A stretch of 64,000 bases of DNA from a virus. This document shows, piece after piece, positions 25,202 to 35,311 of this stretch (position 1 is its first letter; each line of letters opens with the position of its first letter). The translations under genes and the position numbers were made by a program. Location of the stretch: positions 54,269-118,268 of the IMG/VR virus record IMGVR_UViG_3300042882_001046; one strand, 5' to 3'. The notes beneath the pieces were generated by a model. That model had not been told where the DNA came from and did not search any database. It saw nothing but the letters and a program-made list of their open reading frames with translations.

Positions 25202-25232
25202 AAAAAAACCCTGAAGTATTAGTTCAGGGTTT
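25202..25232 (-). terminator. Attenuator-type terminator 5 nt upstream of trnP
   Basis: AAACCCTGAA-N7-TTCAGGGTTT-TTTT; 5' arm and loop complementary to AGTTCAG in leader ORF. Confidence 0.88.
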
Positions 25233-25254
25233 AGATAATTGGCTATAATATTGT

Positions 25255-25353
25255 TTACCAACCACTCGCTTCTGAACTTACGCAAATAGTGCCCGCATCC
25301 CCATTAGGAGTTGTCGGTGTGTCTAAATTCGTATTTGTGTTCATAGTTTTCAT
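25255..25353 (-). CDS. Leader peptide B (32 aa) MKTMNTNTNLDTPTTPNGDAGTICVSSEASGW
   Basis: Read by hand; TATTTATT at 25367-25374; codon content mirrors downstream tRNAs. Confidence 0.85.
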   Translation of the reverse strand: MKTMNTNTNLDTPTTPNGDAGTICVSSEASGW

Positions 25354-25398
25354 AGTGCAATATTACAATAAATATATTTAAAAACCAAAAAATAAATA

Positions 25399-26181
25399 TT
25401 AGTTACTAAAACCTCTCAAATAAACATCATTTGTCATATTGAAATTAATCCTCATTGATGAGTTTGGATAAGTACTATAAACTCTATATTGACCCTGTGG
25501 AATTACATTCCCTGTATAATTAATCAAGTATGATGACAACTGAGTATTTGTGTTCAACACTGTTTGACTATTGTTAGCACTTGACACTATTCTTGTACCG
25601 TTTTTCGCATAATAACCAATTCTAGTTTGTCTTTTTGTATCATTATTCATTGCCGAGACAGGAATCAAAACTAAAACCCAAGCGTTATCATTAACAGTAT
25701 TTTTAGATATTTTTACTGTTGTAAAATTATATGCCATTTTAGGGTTACCGTGTTCATCAACTCCACCACTTACTTGTGGTATGTCAGCCTGAATAACTTG
25801 TGGTAACACACCATTAGTCCAAAATGGCATGTTTAAATAATTGTTTAAATCTCGGTAATTGGTATTTTGAATACTCACCATTGTCCAACAAGAGTAAAAT
25901 GGAACGCTTGTAGATTGTGGGTTTCTTGGAACTGAGTTTTTAAGGTAATTAACAATTAATGTTGTTTTAGCTTGCTTTTCAATAAAAACATACGCCTTCA
26001 AATTAGGTGTTGAACTTGTCGTAACCCTTAAATTAGGGTTCGTACTTGAAGTTGAGTTAAGTTCTTGGGATTGCTCAATTTTAGTTTTTTCGAAGTCTAC
26101 TCCAGTGATGTCTTCTTTAGAACAAGACACAACAAATACCGATAAGGTAAGGAATGATAATAATAATTGTTTGATTTTCAT
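25399..26181 (-). CDS. Hypothetical lipoprotein
   Basis: Lipobox VVSC followed by SKED. Confidence 0.7.
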   Translation of the reverse strand: MKIKQLLLSFLTLSVFVVSCSKEDITGVDFEKTKIEQSQELNSTSSTNPNLRVTTSSTPNLKAYVFIEKQAKTTLIVNYLKNSVPRNPQSTSVPFYSCWTMVSIQNTNYRDLNNYLNMPFWTNGVLPQVIQADIPQVSGGVDEHGNPKMAYNFTTVKISKNTVNDNAWVLVLIPVSAMNNDTKRQTRIGYYAKNGTRIVSSANNSQTVLNTNTQLSSYLINYTGNVIPQGQYRVYSTYPNSSMRINFNMTNDVYLRGFSN

Positions 26182-26191
26182 GATTGTTTGT

Positions 26192-26473
26192 TTAAATGTA
26201 TTTTTTAAAAATTGTTTCTAAGGTGTCTTCATCTTCCCTACTTATAACATGAAATTTTTGAGATAACTTATCCATTTTCTCTAAAAATTCATCTTCTAAA
26301 ATAGATGTTTTTGGTTTACCATTTTTATCAGTTTGTATTTGAGACAACACTGATTTAGGTAAATGGTTTTCTTCAACTAACCCTTCAATTAATTCTTTAA
26401 TTTCTCTTGGGTCACAGGCCGTAACAAATTCATACGGGTCAATGTCGATTTCTTCTACACAAAATTCAGGCAT
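26192..26473 (-). CDS. Hypothetical protein
   Basis: 93-aa ORF in operon-like spacing. Confidence 0.65.
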   Translation of the reverse strand: MPEFCVEEIDIDPYEFVTACDPREIKELIEGLVEENHLPKSVLSQIQTDKNGKPKTSILEDEFLEKMDKLSQKFHVISREDEDTLETIFKKYI

Positions 26474-26498
26474 AATTATTTTTTTTTTAATAGTTTAG

Positions 26499-26572
26499 TG
26501 GACCAGCCTGGGCTCGAACCAGGGACCTTCACATTATGAGTGTGTTGCTCTAACCAACTGAGCTACAAGTCC
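26499..26572 (-). tRNA. trnI: tRNA(CAT), probably Ile2 (lysidine type)
   Basis: CTCATAA loop; Ile-like acceptor and D-arm; own promoter TATCTTTG at 26582-26589. Confidence 0.8.
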
Positions 26573-26637
26573 AATTTGATACAAAGATAAACAATAAATT
26601 TGATTTTGGAAATTTTTTTGTGATATTTATAGATATT

Positions 26638-26739
26638 ATGACAGACAAAAATATAACGTGTCTTTTGGGAACTAACCAAAAATATGAGAACTCGGGCGAT
26701 TTGAGACGTGGAAAACCTCGAACCATAAACTATTGCTAA
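26638..26739 (+). CDS. Candidate 33-aa ORF MTDKNITCLLGTNQKYENSGDLRRGKPRTINYC
   Basis: TATTTATA 6 nt before ATG; terminator 26756-26783 downstream. Confidence 0.45.
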   Translation: MTDKNITCLLGTNQKYENSGDLRRGKPRTINYC

Positions 26740-26755
26740 ATCTGTAGTATAATAT

Positions 26756-26783
26756 AAAGGGGTCGACTAAATTGACCCCTTTT
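26756..26783 (+). terminator. Intrinsic terminator
   Basis: AAAGGGGTCGA/TTGACCCCTTT hairpin. Confidence 0.75.
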
Positions 26784-26822
26784 GTTTTTAATAAAAATAA
26801 TATATCTTTGTAAAAAATTTTA

Positions 26823-27314
26823 GTGATGAGCACTGTATTGGTATTAAATTTTGACTACACTCCGTTAAACACAACTAGTGTTTGGAGGGGGTTTGTGTTA
26901 GTTGATAAAGGAAAGGCAGAAATTGTAAAATCAGACGAAAATCCGATTGTTGCAGGATATAATACTTATGTACGTCCACTTATTATTAGATTACTGAAAT
27001 ATATCAAACATCGTTCAAGGACATTAAGGGCAAACAGAAGTCGAATATATAAAAGAGACGGATATGAGTGTGTTTATTGTGGGTCAAAAAAAGAGTTGAC
27101 CTTAGACCACGTATTACCCAAATCAAGAGGTGGGACAAATGAATGGACTAACCTTGTTACGTCTTGTATGAAATGTAATCGTAAAAAAGCAGATAGAACA
27201 CCAGATGAGGCCAAAATGAACATGAAATCTAAACCATACATTCCACAAATTATGTACGAAGACAAAACTTTATTGAATGTTTGGAATGCGTATCAAGAAT
27301 CATTCATTTCTTAA
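26823..27314 (+). CDS. HNH endonuclease (McrA-like)
   Basis: RDGYECVYCG...TLDHVLPKSRGG...NLVTSCMKCNRKK. Confidence 0.92.
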   Translation: MMSTVLVLNFDYTPLNTTSVWRGFVLVDKGKAEIVKSDENPIVAGYNTYVRPLIIRLLKYIKHRSRTLRANRSRIYKRDGYECVYCGSKKELTLDHVLPKSRGGTNEWTNLVTSCMKCNRKKADRTPDEAKMNMKSKPYIPQIMYEDKTLLNVWNAYQESFIS

Positions 27315-27331
27315 AAATAAAACCTATAATT

Positions 27332-27652
27332 ATGAGTAATATGTCAGACAAATCATTGAGAATTACAATTGTTATCCTTGGATTAATTCTTTGCTGGGGA
27401 ACTGTTATGTACAGTAAACAAGAACAAAAATTAAAAGAAAAAGAATTAAAAATTGAGGTGTTTAGTGGCGGAGATATTTCTAAAGTTCAAACTATGGATT
27501 CATTACAAAATGTAATTGATTCTTTAGAGGTTGAAATTTTCCCATGTCAAGTTGAGCTTGGAAGATATCAAATCGCATATGAAATTTTTAAGGAGAGAAA
27601 TCCAAAAGCCGCGTCACAATACGGTGACATAATATCACAAGAAACAGAATAA
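27332..27652 (+). CDS. Hypothetical membrane-anchored protein
   Basis: N-terminal hydrophobic helix. Confidence 0.6.
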   Translation: MSNMSDKSLRITIVILGLILCWGTVMYSKQEQKLKEKELKIEVFSGGDISKVQTMDSLQNVIDSLEVEIFPCQVELGRYQIAYEIFKERNPKAASQYGDIISQETE

Positions 27653-27664
27653 AAATAAAATAAA

Positions 27665-27970
27665 ATGCAAGATTCAAATTACACAAACCCAGAACAATCA
27701 GGTCAGGGACAAAACCCTCAAGACCTTATTAACGCATCATTAATTTTTGCCAGAGCTTTAGGTTTAATTCTTAAAGAAGGTGAAGGTATTGTTGTCGACA
27801 TCAAAGGAGACATTAATTTAGGAGAAGACGTAAAAAAAGTTATCGTTTTTGAATATCAAAACCAAGTTCACATATATAAGTGTGAAGAAGACCTTGAAGA
27901 AGGGACCGCGGTAAATATGGACCAAAAAAATGAGGGTCCTGAAGTTGTGGAACCAACCGAAGAGGTATAA
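27665..27970 (+). CDS. Hypothetical protein
   Basis: 101-aa ORF. Confidence 0.6.
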   Translation: MQDSNYTNPEQSGQGQNPQDLINASLIFARALGLILKEGEGIVVDIKGDINLGEDVKKVIVFEYQNQVHIYKCEEDLEEGTAVNMDQKNEGPEVVEPTEEV

Positions 27971-27992
27971 TTTTTTTAAAAACAAATTTTAA

Positions 27993-29660
27993 ATGAGGGT
28001 ATTAGGGTTTTCAGTAGGCCACGATAAAGGAGCGGTTATTATTGAAGATGGGAAAGTTATTGTGGGTATAACACAAGAAAGAATTTCTCGTGTTAAACAT
28101 GATGGAGCACATCAAGGAGGACTTATACCTTTTGAGTCAATAAATTATTGTCTAAACTCAATTGGTATTACTTATAAAGAAATTGACCTTTTTGTTTATA
28201 GTACAACGGAGCTTGAGGATAAAACAGCTGCGGATTTTTTCAGAAAATATAATGACATTAGTTACGATAGATTATTTTTTATACCTCACCATTTAGCACA
28301 CGCTTATTCAACATTCTTTAGTTCAGGATTTGATGACGCTGCGGTTATTGTTGCCGACGCGTCAGGTAGTATATTAAACTTCAAAAATAAATTACATTTA
28401 TGGTATGAAGTTGACCGTACGGGATTGAACCCTGATGAAGATTGGACAGAAGGAATTTCAATATATCATTTTAAGAAAAATGAATATAATGAAGTTTATA
28501 AAAAATGGATAAAATATCCTGTACCTATTGATACTAATGAAGGTGTGTCGGTTGGTACCGTATATTCACAAGGTTCTTTACAGTTAATCTATGAACCAAA
28601 TGAACATACTTGGCCTGCAGGTAAATTAATGGGACTGGCATCTTATGCGGATGATGAAATTGTAAAAGAAGCCCCTGAATATGTTCAAGATTTAGGTGAT
28701 GATATCTATATTCCCAATAACGCAATATACCCAAAAGTTACTTGGGGGTCTGATTTCTTTTCAAGAGCATGTGTTGCGGGAATATATCAAAGAGAACAAG
28801 AAAGAGCATCCTTAATTTTAGCAAAAATCGCAAAAGATAAAACAGGTTCAGAAAATGTATGTGTTGCGGGTGGTTCTTTTTTGAATTGTAATTCTAATGA
28901 AAGAATTTTAAATTCAGGTTTATATGAAAATTGTTATTTCATTCCGCCAAGCGATGATAGTGGAATTCCATTAGGTTGTGCTTGGTTTGCATATCAAAAA
29001 TTAACCGATATTTCGGAAGTAGAACAATTAAGCCCTTATCTTGGTAAATCATACAGTAAAAACGATGTTGTTGAAGCACTTAACGAGTATCCAGGTTTAA
29101 AGTATACTGAATACGATAATTTTGATTTACTAATCAATGAAATTAGTTATTGGTTAACACAAAATAGAGTTATTGGGTGGTTTCAAGGAGGTTCGGAGAT
29201 TGGTCCAAGAGCGTTAGGTAATCGTTCTATATTGGCATCTCCAATTAAGTCATGGATGACTGGTCATATAAACTCAGACATAAAGAAAAGAGAGTGGTAT
29301 AGACCTTTTGCACCTGCAGTATTATTTGAGCATCAATCAGAAGTTTTTGAATCTGATGTATATTCACCTTACATGTTGTTGACAACAACAGTTAAAGAAG
29401 ATTGGATAAATAAAATACCAGCCGTAGTTCATATTGATAATTCTGCAAGACATCAATCGGTTACCGAAAAAAATAACCCTAAATTCTATTCTTTGATTAA
29501 AAAATTCTACGAAAAAACTAATGTTCCTGTTTTATTGAACACAAGTTTTAACGGACCAAAAGAACCTATTGTAGAAACACCTAAAGAAGCAATTAATACA
29601 TTCTTAGAAAACAATTTAGACTACTTGGTCATCAATAATTTTATTATCTCCAAAAATTAA
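27993..29660 (+). CDS. Carbamoyltransferase (CmcH/NodU/TobZ family) 1
   Basis: HD, HHLAHA, DASG, GKLMGLA, EIGPRALGNRSIL, RPFAP, NTSFN. Confidence 0.92.
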   Translation: MRVLGFSVGHDKGAVIIEDGKVIVGITQERISRVKHDGAHQGGLIPFESINYCLNSIGITYKEIDLFVYSTTELEDKTAADFFRKYNDISYDRLFFIPHHLAHAYSTFFSSGFDDAAVIVADASGSILNFKNKLHLWYEVDRTGLNPDEDWTEGISIYHFKKNEYNEVYKKWIKYPVPIDTNEGVSVGTVYSQGSLQLIYEPNEHTWPAGKLMGLASYADDEIVKEAPEYVQDLGDDIYIPNNAIYPKVTWGSDFFSRACVAGIYQREQERASLILAKIAKDKTGSENVCVAGGSFLNCNSNERILNSGLYENCYFIPPSDDSGIPLGCAWFAYQKLTDISEVEQLSPYLGKSYSKNDVVEALNEYPGLKYTEYDNFDLLINEISYWLTQNRVIGWFQGGSEIGPRALGNRSILASPIKSWMTGHINSDIKKREWYRPFAPAVLFEHQSEVFESDVYSPYMLLTTTVKEDWINKIPAVVHIDNSARHQSVTEKNNPKFYSLIKKFYEKTNVPVLLNTSFNGPKEPIVETPKEAINTFLENNLDYLVINNFIISKN

Positions 29661-29661
29661 T

Positions 29662-31254
29662 ATGAGTTCAATTTATTCTTTTTTTGCGGGTTCACATAGT
29701 GCAACATCATCATTAATCATTGATGGTGAAATAAAATATGTTATTGAGGAAGAGAGATTAAGTAGAATCAAAGCAGGAGATAAATACGAATCATTTCCAA
29801 ATTTATCGTCATCCAAAATTGTTGAATTATCTGGTTTACAAATAAAAGATGCGGACTATAGAATAATGGTAGAGCCAGTACCTGATTTGTATGCAGATGA
29901 ACTTACAAATGGTAAATATGAAAGAGTTAGTCACCACGACTCACATTGTTACGGTTCATATTTTACAAGTGGAATGGACGGAAAAGTTATGACAATATCC
30001 TATGATGGTGGAGGTGATAAGTCAGTTATGAAAATTTACCTATGTGAAAATGGTAAAATGACATTACTTAAAAGTTTGGATTATTCAACCTTTGGAAGTT
30101 TATCACATCTTTGGGGATTTTCTACTACAGGTATTTTAGGGGTTGGTGAGAACGGTGCATCAATTTGGAAAATTTGTAAAGATGAAGGTAAATTAATGGG
30201 TATGGCGGCGGACGGATATTACGATGAAAACATTATTAATATGTTAAAGTCCGTTATAAAATATAAAGATTTAAAATTTAGTCCATCAACAACAGGAGAA
30301 AGAACTAAATTTTTAATGGACTCATTACGATTACAAGGTGCCTTTGATACCAAAGAACAACGAGAAGTTTTTTCATATAATTTACAACATTATACAAACA
30401 AAATGTTTGTTGAGTTTTTAACTGACCTAAACAAACTTTACCCTGAGTATAGAAAATTTGCGTTCTCGGGTGGACTTTTTGCAAACGTAAAGTTGAACCA
30501 AAAGATAAATGAATTAGATTTTGTTGATGAGATTTTTGTTTATCCCCCAATGGGTGATGAAGGACTTCCATTAGGTGCCTGTATTAAAAAAGCTGTGGAG
30601 TTGGGTGAAATAACAAAACCAATTAAGTTAAAAAATGTGTTTTTTGGTATTGAATACACAAATGAAGAAGTGGACAACATATCAAAAGATTATGACTTCA
30701 ATAAGTCACTATATGTACCTGAAGAAATTGCATCAGACATCGATAATGGTGGTATTATAGGATGGTTTCAGGATAGATTTGAACATGGTCCAAGAGCATT
30801 AGGCGCACGAAGTATATTGGTTAAACCAACCGAAATTGGTACGCACCGAGTTCTAAATGAAAGACTTAAGAGGTATGAAATAATGCCATTTGCACCAATT
30901 GTAATGGAAGAATATTTTGACGAAATTTTTTATCCTTCCAAATCAAAATACTCTTCTGAATTTATGACAATTTGTTATTCCACAAGAGAATCTTGGATAA
31001 ACAAAATTCCCGCAGTTATTCAAAAATCCGATAAAACGGCAAGACCTCAGATTGTTGTAAAAAATAAAAACAAAAAGTTTTGGGAAATATTAAACGCGTA
31101 TTATAAAATTTCAGGAATCCCTGTTTTATTGAATACGTCATTTAATTCTCACAACGAACCAATTATAGATTCTCCACAACAAGCGTTTGATACGTTAAAA
31201 AAAGGAATCATAGATAAATTAATTATAGGAGATTATGTTTATTATCGTAAATAA
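29662..31254 (+). CDS. Carbamoyltransferase (CmcH/NodU/TobZ family) 2
   Basis: EERLSR, HHDSH, DGGG, EGKLMGMA, EHGPRALGARSIL, NTSFN. Confidence 0.92.
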   Translation: MSSIYSFFAGSHSATSSLIIDGEIKYVIEEERLSRIKAGDKYESFPNLSSSKIVELSGLQIKDADYRIMVEPVPDLYADELTNGKYERVSHHDSHCYGSYFTSGMDGKVMTISYDGGGDKSVMKIYLCENGKMTLLKSLDYSTFGSLSHLWGFSTTGILGVGENGASIWKICKDEGKLMGMAADGYYDENIINMLKSVIKYKDLKFSPSTTGERTKFLMDSLRLQGAFDTKEQREVFSYNLQHYTNKMFVEFLTDLNKLYPEYRKFAFSGGLFANVKLNQKINELDFVDEIFVYPPMGDEGLPLGACIKKAVELGEITKPIKLKNVFFGIEYTNEEVDNISKDYDFNKSLYVPEEIASDIDNGGIIGWFQDRFEHGPRALGARSILVKPTEIGTHRVLNERLKRYEIMPFAPIVMEEYFDEIFYPSKSKYSSEFMTICYSTRESWINKIPAVIQKSDKTARPQIVVKNKNKKFWEILNAYYKISGIPVLLNTSFNSHNEPIIDSPQQAFDTLKKGIIDKLIIGDYVYYRK

Positions 31255-31873
31255 TGAACGGATAGAGATTAAGTTTGACCCTTACATTTATGTTAATGTT
31301 TGGGGTCCTGAACATTTTTATTATGTTGAGGTTCGTGAATATGTTAAAGACAATCCTGAATCAAAATTTGTAGAAGGATTTCATTTTAACAGAAACGCCA
31401 ATGTTGTCAAAGATTATAATTTTTATTTCTTTGGTGAATTCTACGGAGACTATGAAATATCAATTTTCAAATTTGTAAAAAATGTTGGCTTACAAAAAAT
31501 ACATTCTCATAGGTATAATGATTGTGGCCAATTAGTTCAATTTAATTTAGTTACGGATAATATTGAAGATGCCAAGATTTGGACTAAAAGTATTGATGAA
31601 TATCAAAAAAAACACGGGTGTATTGTAAAAGTTAATTCTAAATTTGAGGAAATTAACAATCAATACTCAACTGAAATCCAGTCTCCATATAAAACATACA
31701 ACATAGGTAGGTTTCATAAAACAGTAAATGATTTCAAAAGTGTTGGTGAAACAAGAAAATATGGTAATCTTTGGTTTGGAAACTGGAAAGTTTTTTGGTC
31801 TTATCAACACCCAAGAAATTGGAAGGAGTTATCCGCAAAAGAAATTTCAGATGATATTTTGGGTTTAAGTTAA
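31235..31873 (+). CDS. Hypothetical protein coupled to the carbamoyltransferases
   Basis: 212-aa ORF overlapping the upstream stop. Confidence 0.65.
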   Translation: MFIIVNNERIEIKFDPYIYVNVWGPEHFYYVEVREYVKDNPESKFVEGFHFNRNANVVKDYNFYFFGEFYGDYEISIFKFVKNVGLQKIHSHRYNDCGQLVQFNLVTDNIEDAKIWTKSIDEYQKKHGCIVKVNSKFEEINNQYSTEIQSPYKTYNIGRFHKTVNDFKSVGETRKYGNLWFGNWKVFWSYQHPRNWKELSAKEISDDILGLS

Positions 31874-31905
31874 TTTTTCTTATCTTTGTTCAAAATAAAA
31901 CATAT

Positions 31906-32586
31906 ATGAATATAGGACAAGATTTTCAAAACTACTACGTTAAACATTTAGGTAAGTCTTCATTGGATTTACATAATTTTTCAAACCATATCGAATCTTC
32001 CATGACTCCTTATATTTTGGAAGAAAGGGAATTGAGGGCAACTCAAATTGATATCTTTTCAAGATTAATGAGAGATAGGATTCTATGGGTTGCGGGTCCT
32101 GTTAATGACCATATGTCAACAATAGTTCAAGCTCAATTAATGTTCTTGGATTCAAGCGATAAAACAGATATTACAATGCATATTGACTCTCCAGGTGGAA
32201 GTGTTAAATCTGGTTTATCTATGGTTGATGTTATGAATTACATCGCTTGTGATATTAGAACTATTAACACAGGTATGGCAGCATCTATGGGGTCAGTATT
32301 GTTAGGTGCAGGAACTAAAGGTAAAAGAAGTTCATTAAAGTTCTCAAGAACTATGTTACACCAATCTTCAGGAGGTGCTGGTGGAAATATCCAAGACGCT
32401 AGAGTATCATTTAAAGAATGGGAAAAAATCAACGATACTTTATTTGACCTTTTAGGTGAATATTGTGGTAAAACCGCAGAACAAGTTAAACTTGATGCAA
32501 CTCGTGATTTATGGTTAGATAGTGAAGAGGCGTTAGCTTACGGAATTATTGATGAAATTGTTAAAACAAAAAAGAAGGGTAAATAA
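31906..32586 (+). CDS. clpP: ClpP protease subunit
   Basis: DIFSRLMRDRI, DSPGG, GMAASMG (catalytic Ser), MLHQ (catalytic His), RDLWL. Confidence 0.95.
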   Translation: MNIGQDFQNYYVKHLGKSSLDLHNFSNHIESSMTPYILEERELRATQIDIFSRLMRDRILWVAGPVNDHMSTIVQAQLMFLDSSDKTDITMHIDSPGGSVKSGLSMVDVMNYIACDIRTINTGMAASMGSVLLGAGTKGKRSSLKFSRTMLHQSSGGAGGNIQDARVSFKEWEKINDTLFDLLGEYCGKTAEQVKLDATRDLWLDSEEALAYGIIDEIVKTKKKGK

Positions 32587-32656
32587 CCCTTCTTTTTTTA
32601 GACTTTAGAACACCCCCTTTATTTTTGTTCGTCAGTTTATCACAAAATAGTTTTAC

Positions 32657-33361
32657 TTATTTTGGCGTAGCTGAAGTTCCCAAAGATGGAATTAGACCTC
32701 CAAGACCACCACTAGTAACATCAGTTTTAAGTTTGTCGTAAACTCCTGAAGCTTTATCATTCATTTTTCCAAACAATTCACAAACTATTCCACTTATCTG
32801 TTTTTCAATACTTTGTATAAACCCATAATCTTTAACCGCGCCTCCTAAAGCATTTCTAAGGAACGTATATCCTTGACCTTCTAATCCTTGTTGTCTTTGA
32901 ATCATCATGAAGACCGCCTCAGACAACGCCTCAGCAATTAATTTTGTAAGTTCTTCACAACTTTTCATTGCTTTAGCTAATCTTGCAGGGTTTGTTGTTA
33001 TAAATGAAACTAAAAAATCTTTAAAATATCCTTTTAGTCCAATTGCACTTAATACTGAATTAACTAAAGGTTCAGCAACCGTTTGAAAAATACCTCCTAA
33101 ACTATTCCCAAAGATTTTACCTAAAAAGTCCATAAGTTGTTCATTCAACAAACTTGTTTCTTGTAGGTAATTAATTTCTTCTAAAAGTTTATAAGCAATT
33201 TTTTCTTGTTTTTTCTTAGGAAGAGAACTAAAATTTTTGATGTTTTTTTCTGACTCAAAAATCATCATAATTCTACTTTTGACTAAATTTTCTTCAATCA
33301 AAAGTTTTTCTTTCCTTTCTTTAGTTTCTAAAATTGCTTTTTTGATGTTTTTATCTAACAT
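32657..33361 (-). CDS. Hypothetical, probable virion protein
   Basis: 234-aa ORF with several L/I-x-E motifs. Confidence 0.65.
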   Translation of the reverse strand: MLDKNIKKAILETKERKEKLLIEENLVKSRIMMIFESEKNIKNFSSLPKKKQEKIAYKLLEEINYLQETSLLNEQLMDFLGKIFGNSLGGIFQTVAEPLVNSVLSAIGLKGYFKDFLVSFITTNPARLAKAMKSCEELTKLIAEALSEAVFMMIQRQQGLEGQGYTFLRNALGGAVKDYGFIQSIEKQISGIVCELFGKMNDKASGVYDKLKTDVTSGGLGGLIPSLGTSATPK

Positions 33362-33370
33362 ATTCTCAAA

Positions 33371-34387
33371 TTACTTTATTCTCCAAATTGAATCGTCTCC
33401 GTATGATGTTGGACCACCTTCTTTATTTCCTGATAATATATCTAAATAATTGTCTAATCTATTTCCACCACCTGCAATACCCCATTTACCATAGTGTTCA
33501 TCCTTACAAGCTTGTACAATTCTTTTCGCTTTGTTAATTGTTGCTGGGTCAATGACAATACTATTTTTTCTTCTGAATGTTTCGAAGTAATCCGTAACAT
33601 TTTTTCTACAAGCTTGTCTATTAATTGATTGATTTGAAAGAACATCCGAAAGAACGCTTCCATCATTTCTTTTAATATCGTCTTGAGTATTAGGATTATA
33701 CCACATAACCAATCCATTAGGGAAAAGGTCTGCAGGTGCACCTAAATCTTTATCGGTAACCTTTACCAAAGTTGATTGTTCGATTCTACTTGGATTTAAC
33801 TTATATCCTTTTTGTTCAAACGTAGAAATGAATGATAATTGGTCTTTGTTAAAATCTGTTGTTGAAGTGTTTGGTGTAAAATTTGTTGAGGAACCTTTTG
33901 GTCTGTATAATGTTACGTTACCAACAACTTGAGTGTCGTAAACTTTATCTAATGTTGTTAAATCAACTCCTTCAGCTCTTAAAGTTTCTAATTTTTTCCA
34001 ACCTTTTTTAATTTCGGTCGCAATTTTAGATTCGTTATCTGCCGTTGTTTGTTGTGTTGTAATTTCAGTCGCAGTTGCATTTGCTAATTGAGGACAAACC
34101 CATTTTCCTTTTCTACTTCCGTCTTCAAATGCAAAAGTCATGTCAGGAAAAAATCTAACAAATTTTCCAACTTGTTTAGTACTTTCTTTCTTGTAGTATA
34201 GTTTACCTGTAGATTTTTGACGTTTTAATGAACCGTTTTTCAAACATCCAGCACTAATAGCTTTACGTAAAAGACCTTCTTCAGGAGATAATTCTCCCGT
34301 CGCTTTAGTTTGTTCTTTCATCAAAGATTTGTGCATTGACAAAATATTTTTCTTTTCTGATTCTTCTTCTATTAAAAACTGTTTCAT
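33371..34387 (-). CDS. Hypothetical, probable virion protein
   Basis: N-terminus EKKNILSMHKSLMKEQ. Confidence 0.65.
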   Translation of the reverse strand: MKQFLIEEESEKKNILSMHKSLMKEQTKATGELSPEEGLLRKAISAGCLKNGSLKRQKSTGKLYYKKESTKQVGKFVRFFPDMTFAFEDGSRKGKWVCPQLANATATEITTQQTTADNESKIATEIKKGWKKLETLRAEGVDLTTLDKVYDTQVVGNVTLYRPKGSSTNFTPNTSTTDFNKDQLSFISTFEQKGYKLNPSRIEQSTLVKVTDKDLGAPADLFPNGLVMWYNPNTQDDIKRNDGSVLSDVLSNQSINRQACRKNVTDYFETFRRKNSIVIDPATINKAKRIVQACKDEHYGKWGIAGGGNRLDNYLDILSGNKEGGPTSYGDDSIWRIK

Positions 34388-34390
34388 ATT

Positions 34391-35278
34391 TTAAATTTGA
34401 TTTGGGTCTACTCCATCAACATCTTCTTCATCAGAATCTACTGTAGGTGTTGTTGTTGGTTTATTACAGATTTTATCAACCTCTGCATCTGTAAATGATG
34501 AAAATCCTTTTGCCTTTAACGCCGCTTCAGTTTTTGGACCAAATTTACCGTCGGTAACTAATCCTAAACATCCTTGAACTTTTGCAATTGCATCAGACTT
34601 ACATCCTTTAGTGTAGCTTCCTGAACATGGTTTATATCCGCCACCAGTTCCTCCGCCTCCGCCTTTTTTCTTTTTACCATCACCTTCTTCTTTACCACCT
34701 TCTTCTTTTGATTTTGCCAAATCTTCTTCAGCGTCGTCAACTATAGGTGCAATTGCTGACCAAACATATTTTCTAAAATCTTCTCCATCAATATCACTAT
34801 CTAAGTCATCATATAAATCACCATAAACTTTATTGTAGTATTTCGCCATTGCACAAAGGTCGGCAACAGTTTCCATCGATGATATAGCTCCTTTAATTGC
34901 ATCCTCATCAGTACCTATTCCTTGAATAGCGTTGTATATTGAATCCGCAGCCTCTCTGTGGTCTCCTTTACTTTGAGTTGGTTTTAAGTTTTTATCAAGT
35001 GAAGAACATCCTTGTAAAAATGTTTGGGTTTTACTAAAAGCGTCTCCTCCTCCTTGGACCTTATAAATCCAAGCACCTACAGCTGCTGCTGCGGTTGCCC
35101 CTGCGGCCCAAAGCCAAGGTGCTGCGATTGTAATTGCAGGAATAACTAATGGGGCAACCTCATTTACTGGTTGTTTAATTGTTTCAACGTTTTCATTTAA
35201 CGTTTTTGAAGTATCATACTTCATCATCAATTTTATTCTGTCTAGCGCCTCTTGTGGGCTGTATTGTGGTTGTACCAT
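34391..35278 (-). CDS. Probable virion protein with peptidoglycan-binding-like C-terminus
   Basis: VQGCLGLVTDGKFGPKTEAAL; hydrophobic Ala-rich segment; LNE motif; TATTTATA upstream. Confidence 0.65.
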   Translation of the reverse strand: MVQPQYSPQEALDRIKLMMKYDTSKTLNENVETIKQPVNEVAPLVIPAITIAAPWLWAAGATAAAAVGAWIYKVQGGGDAFSKTQTFLQGCSSLDKNLKPTQSKGDHREAADSIYNAIQGIGTDEDAIKGAISSMETVADLCAMAKYYNKVYGDLYDDLDSDIDGEDFRKYVWSAIAPIVDDAEEDLAKSKEEGGKEEGDGKKKKGGGGGTGGGYKPCSGSYTKGCKSDAIAKVQGCLGLVTDGKFGPKTEAALKAKGFSSFTDAEVDKICNKPTTTPTVDSDEEDVDGVDPNQI

Positions 35279-35311
35279 GATAAGTAATTTTTATTTATAA
35301 ATATACGATTA

